A DNA stretch of 64,000 bases from a bacterium (GTDB lineage: Bacteria > Zhuqueibacterota > QNDG01 > JAFGCO01): assembly GCA_016932575.1 (NCBI GenBank), contig JAFGCO010000011.1:10851-74850 (forward strand), in the 5' to 3' direction. A program made the position numbers and the translations under genes. Below the pieces are notes generated by a model. The model was not told where the DNA came from. It saw only the letters and a program-made list of their open reading frames with translations, and searched no databases. Shown piece after piece: positions 50,260 to 60,874 of the stretch (position 1 is the stretch's first letter; each line of letters opens with the position of its first letter).

Positions 50260-51291
50260 ATGGATGATTCGTTATATCAGGATGCGGATCAAACAGACGA
50301 ACCGGAGATCAAAATGCCCGTTCAAACTGAATTACTCGAAATCCTGGCATGTCCCGACTGCACAGGACATCTGCAAGCCGGGGATTCTGAACTTATCTGC
50401 GCTGACTGTAAACGAAAATTTCAGATTCAAAACGACATTCCCCTGCTCTATCCGAAAAATCAGGATATTTCCGGATTCCGTGAAAAAATATTACTGGCTG
50501 AAATTGAAAAGCAATCCCGCACCGGAGAACAGGCAGAATACGACGCCATTCAATGGAAGCAATCCAAACAGGAATTTTGGAAGATAGTTCAGAAAAAGAT
50601 CGGCAAACCTCCAAAGCGGATTCTCTATATTGGTGCCGGTTATGATCCCGGATTTCAGCCATTTCAAGAAAATGGACATCTTTTCATCAATTTGGATTTG
50701 GTCAGTGACAAGCTGGAAACATTAAAAAATGAGCACAAGGCCGAGTACTGCATTGCAGGCGACATGCATGCCCTGCCCTTTCAAAAGCAATGCTTTGATG
50801 CGTTCATCATCATCGATTTGCTTCAGTACGAAAGAGACCTGAAATCCATTCTGCAAAATATGATGCATTTTCTGAAACCGGAAGGACAATTCTTTCTGCG
50901 GGCAATAAATGCCTGGGCTCTTTTCCGATTTTTCAAACCCATTGTCATGCCCCGGATGATGTATTCATTGATACATAAAATTCATGATCGATATAAAAAG
51001 AAACATCACTGGCGGTACAGGTATCAATTCCCGACCAGTTACTGGAACATCAGACAACATTTGGCCCAATTGGGATGCAGCAACATTCAGGTCTTTCCCA
51101 TCGATTCTTATCCCGGTCTGAATCAAATCAACCGCACTATTTATCATCTGCTCTCCCTGATAAAAGCAGTTCCTATATATTTGAATTATCATTATATGCT
51201 CTCTGCCGAAAATAATCACAACAGCAGTTTCAACGAGGTGTTGAAACGCGTGAACAGCTTTGATTTTGATAATGCAAAAAAGCCGTCCTGA
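50260..51291 (+). CDS. Trm112-like Zn domain fused to a class I SAM methyltransferase
   Basis: LEILACPDC...LICADC...F.IQNDIP.L; ILYIGAG, GDMHALPF...FD, LKPEG. Confidence 0.8.
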   Translation: MDDSLYQDADQTDEPEIKMPVQTELLEILACPDCTGHLQAGDSELICADCKRKFQIQNDIPLLYPKNQDISGFREKILLAEIEKQSRTGEQAEYDAIQWKQSKQEFWKIVQKKIGKPPKRILYIGAGYDPGFQPFQENGHLFINLDLVSDKLETLKNEHKAEYCIAGDMHALPFQKQCFDAFIIIDLLQYERDLKSILQNMMHFLKPEGQFFLRAINAWALFRFFKPIVMPRMMYSLIHKIHDRYKKKHHWRYRYQFPTSYWNIRQHLAQLGCSNIQVFPIDSYPGLNQINRTIYHLLSLIKAVPIYLNYHYMLSAENNHNSSFNEVLKRVNSFDFDNAKKPS

Positions 51292-51307
51292 AAGACGGCT
51301 TTTTTTT
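51276..51307. terminator. Bidirectional intrinsic terminator
   Basis: aaaaaaGCCGTC-ctgaaa-GACGGCtttttttt between convergent genes. Confidence 0.88.
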
Positions 51308-51354
51308 ATCTGAAACAAATTGCCCTGATGAGACAATCGATACGAAGCTGATGT

Positions 51355-52374
51355 TTAAAACGGCGCGTATTCTACAGCTGCTTCCAATTTTAATTCTTCG
51401 ATATGCTGTTTGAAAATTTCATTTTTTCTCTCATTTTCAATTTGAGACATAAGTTTATCTCGAACTTCTTCCAACGGAAGCGTCTCTTTCTTCCGATCAA
51501 TCACCTTGATAATATGATATCCATATTGCGTTTCCACCAAATCGCTGATTGAATCCACGGGCAATGTGAATGAAGCTTCTTCAAAAGGCTTGACCATATC
51601 CCCCCGTTTAAAATCTTGATACAGACCGCCTTTTTCATTGGATCCCGGATCTTCGGAATATTTTTTCACCAGTTTTTCAAAATCTGCACCGCTTTTTGCC
51701 ATGGCCAGTACTTCTTCTGCCTTTTTCCGGGTTTCCTGCTTCATTGAATCGGATTTTCCCTGGGTTAAAAAAAGAATATGCCGAACGGAAGCAGTTTTAT
51801 CCTGATTATAACGATCAATAACCTCCTGCTCTGTCGGGATTACATCCTGACCGAATTTTTCATCAAAGTATTTGTTAATCAGAAGCCTGTTTTTCATGTC
51901 TTCAATCACCTGGTCAACAGAAATGTTGTTATTTTCAAGTTGGGTCATAAACTGTTCCTCTCCACCCGCCCGGTCATAATTAAGCTGCATGACACTATCC
52001 AGTTCTGATTCTGAAATATTTAATCGTGTTTTTTCAATCTTGTTGATCAGTAAATTTTGATTTACGACTTCTTCCAGATTTGATTGAATAATGTTCCGTA
52101 ATTGATTCTCGCGTGCAGACAAAAGACGGCCACTGCTCTTCCCAAAAAAGAGATGCAGCTGCTCGATGACTGTGCCCGTAGTGATTTTAATACCTTTTCC
52201 TTTGGCCAAAACATTATTGGCATCCGGGTCAAAATAGGGTAATTTCTCGGAAATACTGACAGCCAGTTGATACGCTTCCGTACCTGGTTCCAATTTTACA
52301 CTTTGATCTTTTTCTTTTGAACAGGCACCAATCATAATACATAAAACAACAAAAACCATCATTAATTTTTTCAT
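51355..52374 (-). CDS. PrsA/SurA-like parvulin peptidyl-prolyl isomerase, lipoprotein
   Basis: Lipobox IGAC; VRHIL, F..L.KKYSED.GS...GG, MVKPFEEA.F, VETQYGYHIIKV; ATG 52374 with AAGGAG RBS. Confidence 0.92.
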   Translation of the reverse strand: MKKLMMVFVVLCIMIGACSKEKDQSVKLEPGTEAYQLAVSISEKLPYFDPDANNVLAKGKGIKITTGTVIEQLHLFFGKSSGRLLSARENQLRNIIQSNLEEVVNQNLLINKIEKTRLNISESELDSVMQLNYDRAGGEEQFMTQLENNNISVDQVIEDMKNRLLINKYFDEKFGQDVIPTEQEVIDRYNQDKTASVRHILFLTQGKSDSMKQETRKKAEEVLAMAKSGADFEKLVKKYSEDPGSNEKGGLYQDFKRGDMVKPFEEASFTLPVDSISDLVETQYGYHIIKVIDRKKETLPLEEVRDKLMSQIENERKNEIFKQHIEELKLEAAVEYAPF

Positions 52375-52564
52375 TTTAAACTCCTTGTTAAAATTGACAT
52401 AGGACGTAACTGACCAGCAAATCATTATCAATAACATTTAATTCCGTTCATTTCAGGAATCATAGCCCTGGTAGTATAATGTTTTTAATTTATCACTTCT
52501 GCTGGACAGCCTTATCTTATTTGTTACATAAAAGTACAAAAAGATATTTAGATTTCCCAGTGAA

Positions 52565-53080
52565 TTATATCAGATCGCGAATATAGGGACGAAATATCCG
52601 GCAGACAAACAAAAAAACAATATTTGCCGCCAACAATGCGAGTAACACCGGCCATGAGAATCCGTGAATGGCCACTCCCAATGCTGTCCCCGAGGCCGGA
52701 GGATGTTCCATATCAAAGACAACCATGAAAAACATGGAAAAGCCGACAGCCAGCGCATAAGCCATTAATGTAATCATCACATGCGGCTGAGGAATAACAG
52801 CGCACAGGCTGCCGCAGACGAATCCAATCATATGCCCGCCAATCACATTTCTCGGTTTGGCTGTTACGCTTTTCGGCATGGAAAATACAATAAAAGCCGT
52901 AGCACCAATTGAAGCCGATATCACCAGATTCTGAAATTTTAATACCAGTAAAACAGCAAACATAGAAATCATGGCGAACATGCTTTGAAAAACATAATGT
53001 TTCCAATGACTGCGAAACTCCTGCAGCATCTGCGAAACACTGCGCTGTGTTGAATTTCTGTTTCTCATGGATTCCTTCAT
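52565..53080 (-). CDS. HPP family membrane protein
   Basis: ASIGATAFIVF..P....A.PRNVIGGH; EHPPASGTAL. Confidence 0.93.
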   Translation of the reverse strand: MKESMRNRNSTQRSVSQMLQEFRSHWKHYVFQSMFAMISMFAVLLVLKFQNLVISASIGATAFIVFSMPKSVTAKPRNVIGGHMIGFVCGSLCAVIPQPHVMITLMAYALAVGFSMFFMVVFDMEHPPASGTALGVAIHGFSWPVLLALLAANIVFLFVCRIFRPYIRDLI

Positions 53081-53087
53081 AATAGAT

Positions 53088-53864
53088 TCAAATTCGTCTC
53101 AGTAAATAGGTCACGCAGACCAACTGATTTTCAAGGATCTGGTTTTCCCTGATCTGCGCATCGAGATATTTCTGCAGAATGTCCTGTTTATCCGGATATT
53201 GTAATATGAATTCATTGGCTCTTTTTTCAATGGCCTGATAGATTTGCCGGTTTGATTTCTTAATAAATGATGCGTCCATTGTCTGTTGACCCGCACATAT
53301 AAATCCGGCCCTTTGGATTTGTTTCATCATCTCCGTTTCAGACAGATACATGTCCGATTGCCAGGAAACGTTATCAGGAATGTACCCGTCATCCAAAACA
53401 ACATGTCCATTCGGTCTCAGACGCAATTTGATTTGTTTGAGCGTCTCTTCAACCGTTCCCAGCACGGGGCCAATAGAGCCCAGTATAATCAAGTCATATC
53501 CCTTGAACTCGGATGAAAGCTTACGGATATCTCCCACTTCAAACCGGCATAAATGAGAGACGCCGTTTTGTTCAGCATGCTCCCATGCTTCTTTGATAAA
53601 CGCCGGCATGGCATCAATGCCATGCACACGGAACCCAAATACCCTGGCCAATGGAACGGAGATCGCCCCCTTGCCGCATCCCAGATCCAGCACGGTGAAA
53701 TCGGATTGCTGATCCAGCTGATGCTTTCTGATCAGGCCAAGAATCACGTCTGCCGATGAACCGATCTCCCATAAATCCTGCAGCAAATATGGGAGGTAAG
53801 GATAGAGGGCCTCGTCTTCACCGTCCAGGGATTGAACAACCGATATGATGATATCATCCTGCAA
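53088..53864 (-). CDS. Class I SAM-dependent methyltransferase
   Basis: VLDLGCGKG, GIDA, FEVGDI, YDLII, LRPNG. Confidence 0.9.
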   Translation of the reverse strand: MQDDIIISVVQSLDGEDEALYPYLPYLLQDLWEIGSSADVILGLIRKHQLDQQSDFTVLDLGCGKGAISVPLARVFGFRVHGIDAMPAFIKEAWEHAEQNGVSHLCRFEVGDIRKLSSEFKGYDLIILGSIGPVLGTVEETLKQIKLRLRPNGHVVLDDGYIPDNVSWQSDMYLSETEMMKQIQRAGFICAGQQTMDASFIKKSNRQIYQAIEKRANEFILQYPDKQDILQKYLDAQIRENQILENQLVCVTYLLRRI

Positions 53865-54007
53865 TTATTTTCTCCAGTTCAGAAAAAAAATATAAATATA
53901 AATTTATGTATTTGAGTACAGCGAAATCCATAATAAATATAAACAGAAGAAAAAAGACGATGATCCTGACCGATTTTTTATGATCTGTTGTTTGATAAAT
54001 CACAAAT

Positions 54008-56269
54008 TTACTTTCCCATTTCTAGCAGTTTCAGTGCGCTCTCTTTTCCCTTTTCACCCACCTCGAGAACCGGTCCCACACAGGACGGACACCCGTTTGT
54101 ACACGTACAGGAGCGTATAAGGTCTCTGGCAGCATCAATCAGATCCTCATGAATCCCGAACAGTTTTTGGCTGTAACCCACACCTCCAGGCGTATGTTCA
54201 TAAATATAAACCGTGGGTTTAGAAGAAAATGGCGAGCGGAGCATAGGGACCGTACGTAAATCTTTTGGATCGGTCATCACCCACAACGGCGCCACATTTT
54301 CGAGCACATTGGCCACGGCTTTTAAGGCATCCCCGAGATTGTCTTCAGTCATGCTCAATTGATCCTTGACTGTATCATCCAATTCCCACCAATAGGCTGT
54401 GGTATGCATGGTTATTTCAGGTAGATGAATTTTACCGGCCCCCACATTTTCATGGGTATTGAATTTTATTTTTTTATAAAGGGTTGCGAGATTGGTCACG
54501 CTTACCTCGCCGTGGCCCTTCTGCCCGCAGGATACGGGAACCTGCTTAAAGGCGTCAATGACCCGGATATCCGTCTTCATCTGCGCATCTGTGTAATAAT
54601 CCGTCTTTTTCTCTTGAACATACGCTTTTCTCCGGTTCCAATCAAGCTTATCTACATGAAACTTACGACCCTCATGAATATAGATGGCTTCATCGTGAAC
54701 CAGCATAGGCGCGCTGAACAAATCCACTTCCCCGATAACACGCTCTCCCTGCGTGGTATCAATAATCACCACATTGTCCGGGGCAGCCCTTCGCAAACTC
54801 ACCTCTTCCGCCGGATAGGTTTCACTGGACCAGTGATATTGATCCCCGGCATGATGAATCACTTGATGCTCTTCCAGATATGTCAGCAGTTCATCGGTAG
54901 AATCCGTACCAAAGTGCTCACCATCCTTAAAAGGCAATTCAAAAGCCGCACACTTCAGATGGGATAATAAAATGATAAGATTGTTCGGATCGACCACGCC
55001 CATTTCAGGCGGACTTTCGAAAAAATATTCCGGATGATTGATAATATACTGATCCAGAGGAGCACTTGTGGCGACAAGAATGGCGACAGACAGGGACGAT
55101 CTCCTGCCTGCACGGCCTGCCTGCTGCCAGGTTGAGGCAATTGTTCCCGGATAACCGCACATCATGGCCACTGAGAGCTGGCCGATGTCAATACCCAATT
55201 CCAGGGCATTGGTGGAAACCACTGCCTGAATCGATCCGTTCCGCAAACCGGTTTCTATCTCTCGCCGCTGATTAGGCAGATACCCGCCGCGGTAACCGCG
55301 AATTAAACGGGACGATTTTTTCAGGGACTTCATGGCCTCCTGCAAATAGGTCAGCAGGATTTCCACGCGAAGCCGGCTTCTGGCAAAAATGAGGGTTTGC
55401 ACGCCGGAGGACAAAAAATGCCGTGCAATGGAACGTACTTCTTTTACAGCTGATTTTCGAATACCCAGTTCGGGATTAACAACAGGCGGATTATAAAAAA
55501 TAAAATGTTTTTCACTGCGGGGCGCGCCATTATTATCGATTAAAACCGCTTTGTCTTCAATGAGTTTCTGAAACAGTTCTTGCGGATTGGCTATGGTTGC
55601 AGAACAGCCGACGAACTGGGGGGAAGCACCGTAAAATCGGCATATCCGTTTTAAACGCCGGATCAAATTCACCAGATGGCTGCCGAAAACACCCCGGTAA
55701 GAATGGACTTCATCAATAACCACATATTTCAGATTTTCGAAAAGTTTCACCCATTTTGTATGATGCGGTAAAACACCCTGATGAAGCATATCCGGATTGG
55801 TAACCACAATATGCCCTACCAGACGAATGGCCCGACGGGCAGATACCGGCGTATCGCCATCAAATGTATAGGTTTTAATATCCACTCCAAGAATCTGAAC
55901 CAGATCATGCAATTCGGAAACCTGATCCTGCGAGAGTGCTTTGGTAGGAAACAAGTAAAGTGCCCTGTTTTCAGGATTTTCAAGAACCGCATCCAATACG
56001 GGAAGATTATAACAAAGCGTTTTTCCTGAAGCGGTCGGTGTGACAACGACTGTATGATTTCCGGCCAGAATTGAATCAATGGCGGCGGTCTGATGCGTGT
56101 ACAGCTTCTTGATACCCCTGGATTGAAGCGCATCCAGAAGCCGGCAATCAAGTTTTTCCGGAAATCCAGAATATTCAGCAGGTTGCGCCGGTATTTTCTC
56201 CCAATGTGTTACGTTGCTGTGGAATTCAGGCGACCTTTCCAGCCAGTCAATGAGTTGTAATAGATTCAT
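54008..56269 (-). CDS. DEAH-box DNA helicase with DUF1998/Zn domain (MrfA/YprA/Hrq1-like)
   Basis: TPTASGKT, PTKALSQDQ, DEVH, SATIANP, TNALELGIDIG, QQAGRAGR, C-terminal CTCTNGCPSC. Confidence 0.93.
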   Translation of the reverse strand: MNLLQLIDWLERSPEFHSNVTHWEKIPAQPAEYSGFPEKLDCRLLDALQSRGIKKLYTHQTAAIDSILAGNHTVVVTPTASGKTLCYNLPVLDAVLENPENRALYLFPTKALSQDQVSELHDLVQILGVDIKTYTFDGDTPVSARRAIRLVGHIVVTNPDMLHQGVLPHHTKWVKLFENLKYVVIDEVHSYRGVFGSHLVNLIRRLKRICRFYGASPQFVGCSATIANPQELFQKLIEDKAVLIDNNGAPRSEKHFIFYNPPVVNPELGIRKSAVKEVRSIARHFLSSGVQTLIFARSRLRVEILLTYLQEAMKSLKKSSRLIRGYRGGYLPNQRREIETGLRNGSIQAVVSTNALELGIDIGQLSVAMMCGYPGTIASTWQQAGRAGRRSSLSVAILVATSAPLDQYIINHPEYFFESPPEMGVVDPNNLIILLSHLKCAAFELPFKDGEHFGTDSTDELLTYLEEHQVIHHAGDQYHWSSETYPAEEVSLRRAAPDNVVIIDTTQGERVIGEVDLFSAPMLVHDEAIYIHEGRKFHVDKLDWNRRKAYVQEKKTDYYTDAQMKTDIRVIDAFKQVPVSCGQKGHGEVSVTNLATLYKKIKFNTHENVGAGKIHLPEITMHTTAYWWELDDTVKDQLSMTEDNLGDALKAVANVLENVAPLWVMTDPKDLRTVPMLRSPFSSKPTVYIYEHTPGGVGYSQKLFGIHEDLIDAARDLIRSCTCTNGCPSCVGPVLEVGEKGKESALKLLEMGK

Positions 56270-56343
56270 GGCATCCTATTTGCCTGTTTTATAGATGTAA
56301 CTGTTATTTAATTGCTTTATTGAGACCCCAAAAGAGAAAATCT

Positions 56344-57186
56344 ATGAAAATCGGGTTTCGAATTCTAACGACAAGTCTGATAATTTTAAGCATGCGGGGT
56401 TCTGCTCGCTCTGAAAAGTTCCTCTTCTGCTACAAGTTTCGTCCCGGAGAATACTTAACATATCAGACCAACCGATGGGACAGTGTTTTAATTGGCAGTA
56501 AAAACCGATTTTCTGCCAGTGAAATTCATGTCTATTTAAAAGAAACACTCGAAGTCCGGAAAGCATCTCCAGAAATTCATCACGCTATTGCATATCATCT
56601 GGATGCAGTCGACATAACACCTGACAGGCTGACTTCCAAGATCGAGGATTGGAATCTGTTTCAGCATTTTCGAAAGCAATTAACTGATACGTTGATATAT
56701 ATGTCCACAAACGGATATCCATTGTGGAATACGGATCATTTTCATTTTAATCAACTCACATTGCCTTTGTCTGAATTTCCCCTTGAATTGAATGAAGGCT
56801 GGGAATTTGAGTTTGAGCTTCCACATGATCCTCTTTCTTCCCAAAGCTGCCAATCTGTTGTATTCGGGCATGGTATGCTGTATGATTTTATTAAGGAAGA
56901 TTCACGAACATTTGCCCGATTTGTTGTCAATACCACCCAGCTTTTTGAAGGTGAATGCACAATATTCAATGGATCATCACACAACTTCATCAACCGTGAG
57001 GGTGTAATTGAAGCCACGCATCTTGTATACTTTGACGAGGATCGTGGCATTATCACAAAAATAATTACAGAACAAGTGACAAAAGAAAAACAGTACACAC
57101 AGTCCGACTATCTGTCATTTACCATTAAAACAAAATCCACCACAGAATTGGTGGATTGGGATATGGGTAAAGGTCTCCTGCAGTAA
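56344..57186 (+). CDS. Exported hypothetical beta-rich protein
   Basis: Long ORF with a signal-like N-terminus; YKFRPGE..TY, P.SEFP....E.W and YFDEDRG.I patterns. Confidence 0.65.
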   Translation: MKIGFRILTTSLIILSMRGSARSEKFLFCYKFRPGEYLTYQTNRWDSVLIGSKNRFSASEIHVYLKETLEVRKASPEIHHAIAYHLDAVDITPDRLTSKIEDWNLFQHFRKQLTDTLIYMSTNGYPLWNTDHFHFNQLTLPLSEFPLELNEGWEFEFELPHDPLSSQSCQSVVFGHGMLYDFIKEDSRTFARFVVNTTQLFEGECTIFNGSSHNFINREGVIEATHLVYFDEDRGIITKIITEQVTKEKQYTQSDYLSFTIKTKSTTELVDWDMGKGLLQ

Positions 57187-57294
57187 ATATCCGAATTTAA
57201 TTTTAACGATAGCTCAAGATTAATATATAAAAGCCATTTCAATCCCGCAAGAATAAAAAGGCCAAAAATAAACCCGAAAAATATCGTGAGTTGA

Positions 57295-57501
57295 TCAGGC
57301 TGCAGTGATACCCAGTTTTACGGTCACCTGCCAGTAGGCGACTTTTCCGTTTTCGACCTGGCCTCGCGTCTCTACTACCTGAAACCAGCGGATATTATTC
57401 TCCGCTTCTCCAACATGGGTAATCGCATTATGAACGGCGTCTTCAATACTCTGTCTGGATGAACCGACAACATCGATTATTTTATATACATGGTCGGACA
57501 T
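57295..57501 (-). CDS. Dodecin (flavin-binding)
   Basis: HVYK.I.VVGSS..SIEDA..NAI, RWFQV.ETRG, WQVTVK.G; AGGAGG RBS. Confidence 0.95.
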   Translation of the reverse strand: MSDHVYKIIDVVGSSRQSIEDAVHNAITHVGEAENNIRWFQVVETRGQVENGKVAYWQVTVKLGITAA

Positions 57502-57601
57502 GATAACCTCCTAATCAATGTCTGATTTATGATATCAAACGATTCTCATGAATTGATGGTTCCCGAATTCAAACCCAAATGTTCACCTGGCAATCGAGTG
57601 A

Positions 57602-59446
57602 CTATTTCTCAAGATCAGAGAGCGCCTTTAAGATTACCTTGCGCACGTCTTCATCAGGATCGGATATTTTTTTTAACATTTTGGGCTTCAGCGGTCGGGC
57701 AGTCTCATTTAAATAATCAATAGCATTTGCGGCCCGCAGCCGCACAGCATTTATTTCATGATCCAAAAGCATACTGAGTATGGATAGTGATTTTCTGGGA
57801 TCACTGAACCGTGCTGCGTATTCAGCAGCGGCAATCTGGACATCCGGGCATGCATCCTCAAAGAGATTCTGAATATCAGGCAGAAGAGGTACCGCCCGGC
57901 AGCCGAGAATAAGACAACCCGTAATACCCCAATATCGAATTACAGCATCCGCATCATGCATATACTGCTTGAGTAAAAATAAATTCTCAATCTTCCCCAG
58001 GCTGGCGGTTTCAGCCGCATGACTGGATTTTTCGAAATCGTAATGTCCTGTCTTTCGGACCATCTCATAAACCGTGGTTTTCCTGGTTCTGGCAATCATC
58101 TCTCCTTCGGGGATAAATCCTGTATCCTGTATCTTTTCCATCCATTGATTCAAAGCCTGTCTCATCTGAAACAGAATTTTTCGATAATCGGGATCTTCAG
58201 CAAGATTTTTCACTTCATCCGGATCGTTTTCGGTATCATACAGTTCTTCCGCAGGTTTGTGCTCCCAAAAAAACCGTTGACTCCCCGCGCATTTGCTTTG
58301 TTTGTAAAGAGATTCCCACCTTCGCGTCGTAGGCATGCGCCATAAATATTCCACATGCTGTCCGTAAATCAAATGAGGCATGTAATTGCGAATATATTTG
58401 AATTTATCACTATGAACAGCTCGCATGAGATCATACCGTTCATCCATACGGTCACGAAAACAGTAAACATAATCCTGTGGTTTTCTCTGCTGAAGACCCA
58501 GGAAAGCTTGTCCCTGCATATGAGAGGGAATCTCCACGCCGGCAAGACTCAGGATCGTGGGTGCCAGATCAACAAAACTGATCAGTCGGTTCGACATTGT
58601 GCCCGGGGCAGATGGAGCCAGGTGCTGATATTGTTTCGGAAACCGGACAATAAAGGGCACATGAATACCCGAATCATATAAAAACCGCTTGCTTCTTGTG
58701 AGTACTCCCCCATGATCAGAATAATAAAATACAATTGTATTATCGAGCAAGCCTTCGGCTTCCAATGCATTTAACCTGTCTCCGATTTGACAGTCCAGTT
58801 CAGCAATACGGTCATAATACTGCGCCCAATCGTGACGAATAACCGGATCGTCCGGATGATAATCCGGCAGCCGCATTTGATCCGGATCATGCTGCACATC
58901 TGTCGTTTGATGCAGCGAACTCTCATGACTCACCGTGAAATTGAAAACCGCAAAAAAAGGCTGCTCCGGATTTCGATTTGCATAAGTGGCTTGTGTGCTG
59001 GATTCATCCCACACGTTGTCAGGTTTTTTTGCGACATTATAATCTTCTTTCGAATTGTTCGTGCAGTAATATCCGGCCTGCCGTAAAAGCTGGGGAAAAA
59101 ATGTTATAGAATTTGGAACAGCCCGTTTGCTGCGCATATGCTGGGTACCCAGAGAACTGGCATACATCCCGGTAATAATCGAGTTCCTGGCCGGAGCGCA
59201 TACAGGGGCATTTGCGAACGCATGTGTGAACATAATTCCTTCGGATGCCAGCCGGTCCATATTTGGCGTGTTTGCATTGGGATCTCCGTAACATCCTAAA
59301 AACGGTCCGTTGTCTTCACTGGTGAGCCATAAAATATTGGGCCGGTCTGGTTTTTCCCGGCAATGGATAACAGCTGACATGGCTAAAGCCATAGTGCCGG
59401 TGCTGGTGGTTTTAATAAAATCCCGCCGTTTCATTTTTTTTGACAT
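57602..59446 (-). CDS. Tat-exported Cys-type (FGly) sulfatase with C-terminal HEAT repeats
   Basis: KRRDFIK twin-arginine signal; PNILW..SED, VCAPARNSIITG, YSDHG, EELYD...DPDE; HEAT-like IRYWG/VQIAAA/VRLRAA. Confidence 0.92.
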   Translation of the reverse strand: MSKKMKRRDFIKTTSTGTMALAMSAVIHCREKPDRPNILWLTSEDNGPFLGCYGDPNANTPNMDRLASEGIMFTHAFANAPVCAPARNSIITGMYASSLGTQHMRSKRAVPNSITFFPQLLRQAGYYCTNNSKEDYNVAKKPDNVWDESSTQATYANRNPEQPFFAVFNFTVSHESSLHQTTDVQHDPDQMRLPDYHPDDPVIRHDWAQYYDRIAELDCQIGDRLNALEAEGLLDNTIVFYYSDHGGVLTRSKRFLYDSGIHVPFIVRFPKQYQHLAPSAPGTMSNRLISFVDLAPTILSLAGVEIPSHMQGQAFLGLQQRKPQDYVYCFRDRMDERYDLMRAVHSDKFKYIRNYMPHLIYGQHVEYLWRMPTTRRWESLYKQSKCAGSQRFFWEHKPAEELYDTENDPDEVKNLAEDPDYRKILFQMRQALNQWMEKIQDTGFIPEGEMIARTRKTTVYEMVRKTGHYDFEKSSHAAETASLGKIENLFLLKQYMHDADAVIRYWGITGCLILGCRAVPLLPDIQNLFEDACPDVQIAAAEYAARFSDPRKSLSILSMLLDHEINAVRLRAANAIDYLNETARPLKPKMLKKISDPDEDVRKVILKALSDLEK

Positions 59447-59598
59447 AATTGCCTCATCGAGTTTATTACCCTGCATCGATCCATTTGCCGAATTTGAATC
59501 CCACCTGTTTAAAATGAGAAGCTTAATAGAAATCACAGATATCCTGGATATCACTAAATTGAACGTATCAAATATTCAAGTCATTTCCCTTGTTTTGG

Positions 59599-60765
59599 TT
59601 AAGGTGAATCATCAGGCTGGTACTCAAACGGCAGCATATCAGCAACTCCGCAAACAGACCAGTGTCCGGAAACGGAAAATGCATGAGGTGTATGCACATT
59701 ACCTAACGGATCGATTAGGGCCATATCACAGTTCATGTTAAAAAAACACGGTTCATAAAACTCGAGCTGATAAAAATCTGCCTTTTGTGCCTGCTCAACG
59801 AACTTGTCCGTTTTTCTCGGAATATGATGGGACAATAACATATAATGTCCTTTCAGACAGATTGACTTTAATCCGGGAAAATCGCTCTTTACGGCCATCT
59901 TTACATCTTCTCCGACTCGATCGGTGGATCCCCAGGTATAAATTTTATTACCAACCTGCTTCACTTCATAAAGTTCCAGCCCCTCTTGATCCAGAGACTG
60001 ATGATATGCAGCCCTCAGAAAATGACGGAAAGAACCCAGATAGGTTTTCTGCCGCTGCCTGACCCATCGAATCGAATCATCCAGGGCTTGGACCGGCATA
60101 GGACGGAAAACAGGATAAATTTGATATTTTATTTGATTCGGCCCGCATCTGAAATTTTCCAGAATCAAACTGATATCATACCCAAGCGCCTGATTCCGGA
60201 TGCGGATCAGACTGTCTGTGGATGCATAAAGCCATCCCTGACGGACAGTAAAATCAATCACTTCAGGATGATAAAAATGGCAGTATTTTGCGTTTTCTGT
60301 TTTTCCCAGAAAAGCTTTCCGGAATTCCTGAAAATGTTTTTGCCATAATTTTTCCCGTTCAGCAACAATCTCGATGCGTTTGCCGGACAATACACGGGGA
60401 ACAAGTTCTACGGCAAGGTGGACTGTTTTCTCTTTAAGCAGATTCACATGAAGCACTTTTGTTTGATAAGCAATGTGATGGACGACCACTTTATAACAAC
60501 CCGGAGCGATATTATTCATTTTGAATGTACCATCCGTTGCTGTAGCGGAGCCTATGGTGGTATTGGATATAAACACATCCGCAAAATAAACCGGATCCTT
60601 TGTTTTGGAGTCGATTACCCGGCCGCGGATGTCAGATCCATGGTCCTGTCCCAGAAAAATAGAGACTGATAACATGAAAAAAAAGGGAGTTATATATTTA
60701 TAAACTTTTTTGTGTAACCTGATGTTCTTCATGTTTAACAGGGAGATATTATTTATGACATTCAA
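59599..60765 (-). CDS. Carboxypeptidase-regulatory-like domain protein (FCB-type exported protein)
   Basis: IRGRVIDSKT..P..FADVFISNTTIG..T..DG.F; F...FLG.T.NA..C; N.ALGY.I; YLGS.RHF; C-terminal LP.EY.P. The start may be ATG 60732. Confidence 0.8.
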   Translation of the reverse strand: MNVINNISLLNMKNIRLHKKVYKYITPFFFMLSVSIFLGQDHGSDIRGRVIDSKTKDPVYFADVFISNTTIGSATATDGTFKMNNIAPGCYKVVVHHIAYQTKVLHVNLLKEKTVHLAVELVPRVLSGKRIEIVAEREKLWQKHFQEFRKAFLGKTENAKYCHFYHPEVIDFTVRQGWLYASTDSLIRIRNQALGYDISLILENFRCGPNQIKYQIYPVFRPMPVQALDDSIRWVRQRQKTYLGSFRHFLRAAYHQSLDQEGLELYEVKQVGNKIYTWGSTDRVGEDVKMAVKSDFPGLKSICLKGHYMLLSHHIPRKTDKFVEQAQKADFYQLEFYEPCFFNMNCDMALIDPLGNVHTPHAFSVSGHWSVCGVADMLPFEYQPDDSP

Positions 60766-60825
60766 ATTGATTATAACAATATCTAAAAGTAATGAGTATT
60801 ACCTATTCATGCAATAAAAAAATAA

Positions 60826-60872
60826 TTGACAACAAATAAACAATTTATTATATTTCGTTATATATCGAAATG
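60826..60872 (+). promoter_or_regulatory. ars promoter with overlapping ArsR operator 1
   Basis: TTGACA(60826)-N17-TATATT(60849); operator TATTTCGTTA-TA-TATCGAAATG at 60851-60872. Confidence 0.8.
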
Positions 60873-60874
60873 AT

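Noticed and set aside
53088..56269. DUF1998 helicase plus methyltransferase as a DISARM/Druantia-type defence system
   Set aside because: The helicase is the fused housekeeping MrfA/Hrq1 type, the methyltransferase lacks DNA-MTase motifs (DPPY/NPPY/PC), and no other defence genes are present.
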